NCBI GenBank assembly: GCA_938002255.1
Contig: CALLAL010000034.1
Coordinates: 32,674-96,673 of the forward strand
Source of the DNA: an uncultured bacterium
GTDB taxonomy: Bacteria; Desulfobacterota; BSN033; UBA1163
Direction of reading: 5' to 3'
DNA length: 64,000 nucleotides
Position numbers and translations under genes: made by a program. The notes under the pieces were generated by a model. It saw nothing but the letters and a program-made list of their open reading frames with translations. It was not told the origin of the DNA and searched no databases. Numbering within the stretch: the first letter of the stretch is position 1; every line of letters starts with the position of its first letter. Shown here piece by piece: positions 60,397 through 64,000 of the stretch.

Positions 60397-61389
60397 TTAA
60401 CGGTCTGCCGCCAATACCTTTTTTAACTCTTCAGTCAAAGCAGGAACGATCTGGAAAAGATCTCCTACAATGCCATAATCAGCGTAATTAAAAATGAGAG
60501 CATTGGGGTCTGTATCCACCGCAACAACTGTTTTACAAGTCCCAATGCCTAAGACATGGTGAATGGCTCCTGAGATACCAAAGGCCATATAGAGTTTAGC
60601 CGAGATATTTTTTCCGCTCTTTCCAATCTGATCCTTGAGATCTCTCCATCCCTCATCCACAGTGGCTCGTGTCGTTCCCACCGAAGCATTGAGAACGTCT
60701 GCCAGATCCTCAATCAGCTTAAAATGCTCTGGAGCTTTGATTCCTCTGCCTGCCGCCACAACAATATCCGCTTCCGTGATATCGAGTTTTGTCCCCTCTG
60801 CTTTCTCAAAGCCAACCACCTTCTTCTTCAATAAAGAGGAATCCATCGAAGGGGTGATGGAAATGATCTGAGCTGAGCGATCAGGATGTTCTTTAATGAG
60901 AAAAACATTATTTCTCACGGTTGCCATCTGAGGTCGCACTTCTGAAAACCCTACTTCGGCAAAGACTTTTCCGCCAAAGAGTGGTCGAAGGGCGGTGAGT
61001 TTTCCATTCTCTTCAATCGATAGTCCTGTGCAATCGGGCACATACCCGGTCTGGAGATGCATGGCTAACCTTGGAAAGAGGTCTTTTCCTGTGGAAGTGG
61101 CTCCGCCTAAAAGGATGGAAGGCTGATGTTCTTTGACAAGTGGTACAATCCCAGCAAGATAAGCCTCTGAGGTATAGGGAATAAAAAGGGTGTCATTGAT
61201 CCAATAGATCTTATCCGCATAAGGGGTCAGACTGTTGACGGCTTCCTCCAATCCGCTCCCGAGAAGAACCGCTCCAACTTCCTGCCCCGTCTTTTTTGAA
61301 AATTCGATCCCTGCAGAAAGGAGCTCCAAAGAAATTTTTTTAACTTTTCCATCTTGATGTTCGACCAACACCCAGATTCCGTTTGGCAT
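60397..61389 (-). CDS. etfA: Electron transfer flavoprotein alpha subunit
   Basis: RPLFGG, EADIVVAAGRG, GISGAIHH, ADYGIVGDL. Confidence 0.9.
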   Translation of the reverse strand: MPNGIWVLVEHQDGKVKKISLELLSAGIEFSKKTGQEVGAVLLGSGLEEAVNSLTPYADKIYWINDTLFIPYTSEAYLAGIVPLVKEHQPSILLGGATSTGKDLFPRLAMHLQTGYVPDCTGLSIEENGKLTALRPLFGGKVFAEVGFSEVRPQMATVRNNVFLIKEHPDRSAQIISITPSMDSSLLKKKVVGFEKAEGTKLDITEADIVVAAGRGIKAPEHFKLIEDLADVLNASVGTTRATVDEGWRDLKDQIGKSGKNISAKLYMAFGISGAIHHVLGIGTCKTVVAVDTDPNALIFNYADYGIVGDLFQIVPALTEELKKVLAADR

Positions 61390-61486
61390 AGTCCTTCCTT
61401 TCGATTCATTTGGAATCATATCGCCCAAAGTTCGATATCTCTTTTCCCATCCCAGAACCTTGTATGCTGAACCCCATACTTGATGA

Positions 61487-62269
61487 TCAGATGACTTTCG
61501 CTTCTTCCCTCAAAAGCTTAATCAACGTCTTCACATTCTCAGGAAAATCTTCTTTAATGATCTTGACCGGAGGTCGCTTAGGTGGAGGGAGATATTTTTG
61601 AATCTTTATTGTTGAGGCTTGAGCTCCTACCTCTGTTGGGGATAGTCCCAAAGAGGCAAGATCGACCTTCTTGATTTGTGCCTTCATCGCCTTCATGACA
61701 TTCATCACCAGGGGAATCCGAGGGGAATGGAGCCCTTTCTGACAGGTAAAGAGCGCCGGTAAGGGGCATATTAAAACTTCTTTCCCGTTCTCCACCTCCC
61801 GAACCACCCTTGCCTCTTTCTTCTGAGCATCCACCTCAAGACCGATGATCGAGTGGATATGGGGAATCCCGAGACATTCAGCCACCGCAGGCCCGACAAT
61901 GCCAGCATCATCATCCATCGCCTGTCTGCCGGTGAAAATGAGGTCAAATGGTTTATTTTGAAGGTAAGCAGAAAGAGTTCTGGCTACAGCAAAAGGATCA
62001 GAACCCTCCAGCGCAGGATCGGTGATTTGGACGGCCTCATCCGCTCCCATGGAGATTCCTCTTCTCAAGGCATCCACCCTTCGATGATCGAGGGTGAGAA
62101 CGGTTACTTTGCCTCCGAACTTTTCCTTCAATTTCAGACCTGCCTCAACAGCAATCTCATCAAAAAAGTTCGTGAAATACTTATTCTCTATTTCCAATTC
62201 CGAATCCGATTTGACTTTAACGATTGCCTCAGGATCAGGAACCTGCTTCACAAGAACATAAATTTCCAT
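61487..62269 (-). CDS. etfB: Electron transfer flavoprotein beta subunit
   Basis: VKQVPD, MGADEA, GRQAMDDDAG.VGP. Confidence 0.92.
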   Translation of the reverse strand: MEIYVLVKQVPDPEAIVKVKSDSELEIENKYFTNFFDEIAVEAGLKLKEKFGGKVTVLTLDHRRVDALRRGISMGADEAVQITDPALEGSDPFAVARTLSAYLQNKPFDLIFTGRQAMDDDAGIVGPAVAECLGIPHIHSIIGLEVDAQKKEARVVREVENGKEVLICPLPALFTCQKGLHSPRIPLVMNVMKAMKAQIKKVDLASLGLSPTEVGAQASTIKIQKYLPPPKRPPVKIIKEDFPENVKTLIKLLREEAKVI

Positions 62270-62320
62270 TTGGACCTCCGAACAATCCGATTCCGTTCCT
62301 TTCTTTTACCTCACAGCTTT

Positions 62321-63481
62321 TTAATCTTTGCAATATACTCTTCCCAAATAGTCACAAAGCACTTCGTGCGTCCCTCCGCCGTAGAGCAAGAATTTTGCAT
62401 CTCTCCAGAACCGCTGGACAGGGTACTCACTGCAAAAGGCATTTCCACCGTAAATCCTCATTGCCTCCTCCACGGCATACATACACATCTCTGTAGCATG
62501 ATATTTGGCCAGCATACATTCATTGATACAGGGGATGTTATTCTGGATCATCCAGGCACATCGATATAAAAAGGTCCGTGAAGCCTCATACCAGGCCCAG
62601 TATTTAGCAAATTTTTCACGGATCAACTGATATTTGCTGATCGGATTTCCGAAGGCGATCCGATTGTTAGCATATTGCTTGGCATCCTCCATCGCCTCTT
62701 TAGCAATAGCCAGCGCATTCATCCCGGTCATGACCCGAACTTCGTTCAGAATTTCACCGGCATATTGGACTCCCTTTCCGATCTCTTCGCCAAGAAAGTT
62801 CTCGTCCGGCACAAAGACGTTATCTAAGACCAATTCACCTGTCACTGAACAACGGGAGCCCAATTTGTGGAGCCGCTGTCCAGAAACAAACCCGTCTCGA
62901 TTTTCGGTTTTCCTTTCAACGAGATAGAAATTAAGCCCTTTGAGCCCCAACTTTGGATCAACGGTTGCCATCACTGTCGCAAAATCAGCAATAGGTCCAT
63001 TGGTGATCCACTGTTTTCTCCCATTCAACCGCCACCCTCCATCCACTTTGGTCGCCAGTGTTCGAGTCCCTCCAAGGTCCGAACCTGATTGGTCTTCAGT
63101 AAAACAGATGGTACCGATCTTTTCCCCTTTGATCGCAGGGACCAGAATCCTCTGTTTGATCTCCTCGTTTCCAAACCGAGCGATGAAATAAGTTCCCATC
63201 AGGATCTGCATGATGACCGACATGGCGAACCCACAGGACCCTCTGGCCAGTTCTTCATAGAAAATCATCTGGGTAATCGTATCGGTCTCCATCCCCCCAT
63301 ATTCCTCCTTATGCCTCAGGCCAAGATATCCAAGACTGGCAAACTCTTTCCAGAGATCCCATGGAAATTCCTCCTTTTCATCGAGTTCCTTCACCCTCGG
63401 CATAATCAACCGATTGACAGCATCGCGAACCGTCTGCCTGAAAAACTCTTGCTCCTCGGTAAACGAAAAATCAAGGGCCAT
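62321..63481 (-). CDS. Acyl-CoA dehydrogenase
   Basis: FTEDQSGSD, LNGRKQWITNG, RIAFG, IYGG, YGGGTHE. Confidence 0.92.
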   Translation of the reverse strand: MALDFSFTEEQEFFRQTVRDAVNRLIMPRVKELDEKEEFPWDLWKEFASLGYLGLRHKEEYGGMETDTITQMIFYEELARGSCGFAMSVIMQILMGTYFIARFGNEEIKQRILVPAIKGEKIGTICFTEDQSGSDLGGTRTLATKVDGGWRLNGRKQWITNGPIADFATVMATVDPKLGLKGLNFYLVERKTENRDGFVSGQRLHKLGSRCSVTGELVLDNVFVPDENFLGEEIGKGVQYAGEILNEVRVMTGMNALAIAKEAMEDAKQYANNRIAFGNPISKYQLIREKFAKYWAWYEASRTFLYRCAWMIQNNIPCINECMLAKYHATEMCMYAVEEAMRIYGGNAFCSEYPVQRFWRDAKFLLYGGGTHEVLCDYLGRVYCKD

Positions 63482-63569
63482 GGGTTACTCCTTTCATCGT
63501 ACCTGTTTGGGATCATAAGTTGAGTGTTCGGCGTATTATTTTTTCCAGCCTCTGAACTCAAAACATTTT

Positions 63570-64000
63570 TTAAATGATATTCTTCTCCTTTAATGCCTTA
63601 AGTTGGTCCGTGCTGTATCCTAAAACGCCTCCATAGATCTCTTCATTATGTTCTCCAAATCGTGGAGGAAAGCTTAGCCACTTTCCGGTGGATTGGAGAT
63701 AGGGGGTCATATAGGGAGGGGGAGCCAGGGTGACTTCCAAACCTGTTTTGGGATCTTTGCAGCGTATGAGATTGGGTTTGACCAGAGGGTCTTCCACTAC
63801 CTCTTCAATCGTATTCACCTTTGAAATCGGAATGGTCGCTTTATTGAACAGATCAATTAATTCCTGGGTCGTAAATTGCTTTGTGATGGCATTGATCCTT
63901 TCATTCAAATGGTTTACCTCTGCAATCCGGCCTGCATTCCGTTCATATTCTTTTTTATAAAGAGATTCGAATCCGGGAATCTTGGTCATCGTCTCCCACT
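63570..64000 (-). CDS. CaiB/BaiF family III CoA-transferase (3' part; runs off the window)
   Basis: C-terminal VNTIEEV.EDP...PPRFGEHNEEI...LGY...II. Confidence 0.75.
   Translation of the reverse strand, partial: WETMTKIPGFESLYKKEYERNAGRIAEVNHLNERINAITKQFTTQELIDLFNKATIPISKVNTIEEVVEDPLVKPNLIRCKDPKTGLEVTLAPPPYMTPYLQSTGKWLSFPPRFGEHNEEIYGGVLGYSTDQLKALKEKNII

Noticed and set aside
1-64000. CRISPR arrays, tRNA/rRNA genes, intact IS or integrase genes, and the many antisense track ORFs
   Set aside because: No repeat-spacer periodicity, cloverleaf or transposase motifs were seen by eye. The antisense ORFs are shadows of well-supported genes.

Overview
Mostly core-genome window from an anaerobic bacterium; gene content and protein similarities suggest Desulfobacterota (deltaproteobacteria), which is an inference. 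From left to right: a minus-strand run (ABC ATPase, CrtO/CrtQ-like pair, YfcH, class II photolyase, TspO, Nudix, TatD, PLD, Sua5, purE, P-type ATPase); two tandem gamma+beta Na+-decarboxylase modules beside a 1400-aa acyl-CoA dehydratase activase; a redox/metalloid block (metC, msrAB, a PrdB/GrdB-family selenoprotein, and an ArsS-type radical SAM operon); a decayed type III restriction island; tmk-holB-PSP1-metG-DUF721; a complex I operon in which nuoEFG is replaced by an SfrB-like flavoprotein, preceded by a selenocysteine formate dehydrogenase; nfo, a radical SAM gene, lepA, hemW; and an ETF/acyl-CoA dehydrogenase/CoA-transferase operon. The strongest non-coding signals are (i) a ~225-nt element present twice, 41 kb apart, with terminal inverted repeats, TSD-like flanks and a conserved, covarying branched hairpin, and (ii) a ~110-nt structured RNA starting at a predicted promoter upstream of purE. 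No tRNA, rRNA, CRISPR array or intact transposase was seen.
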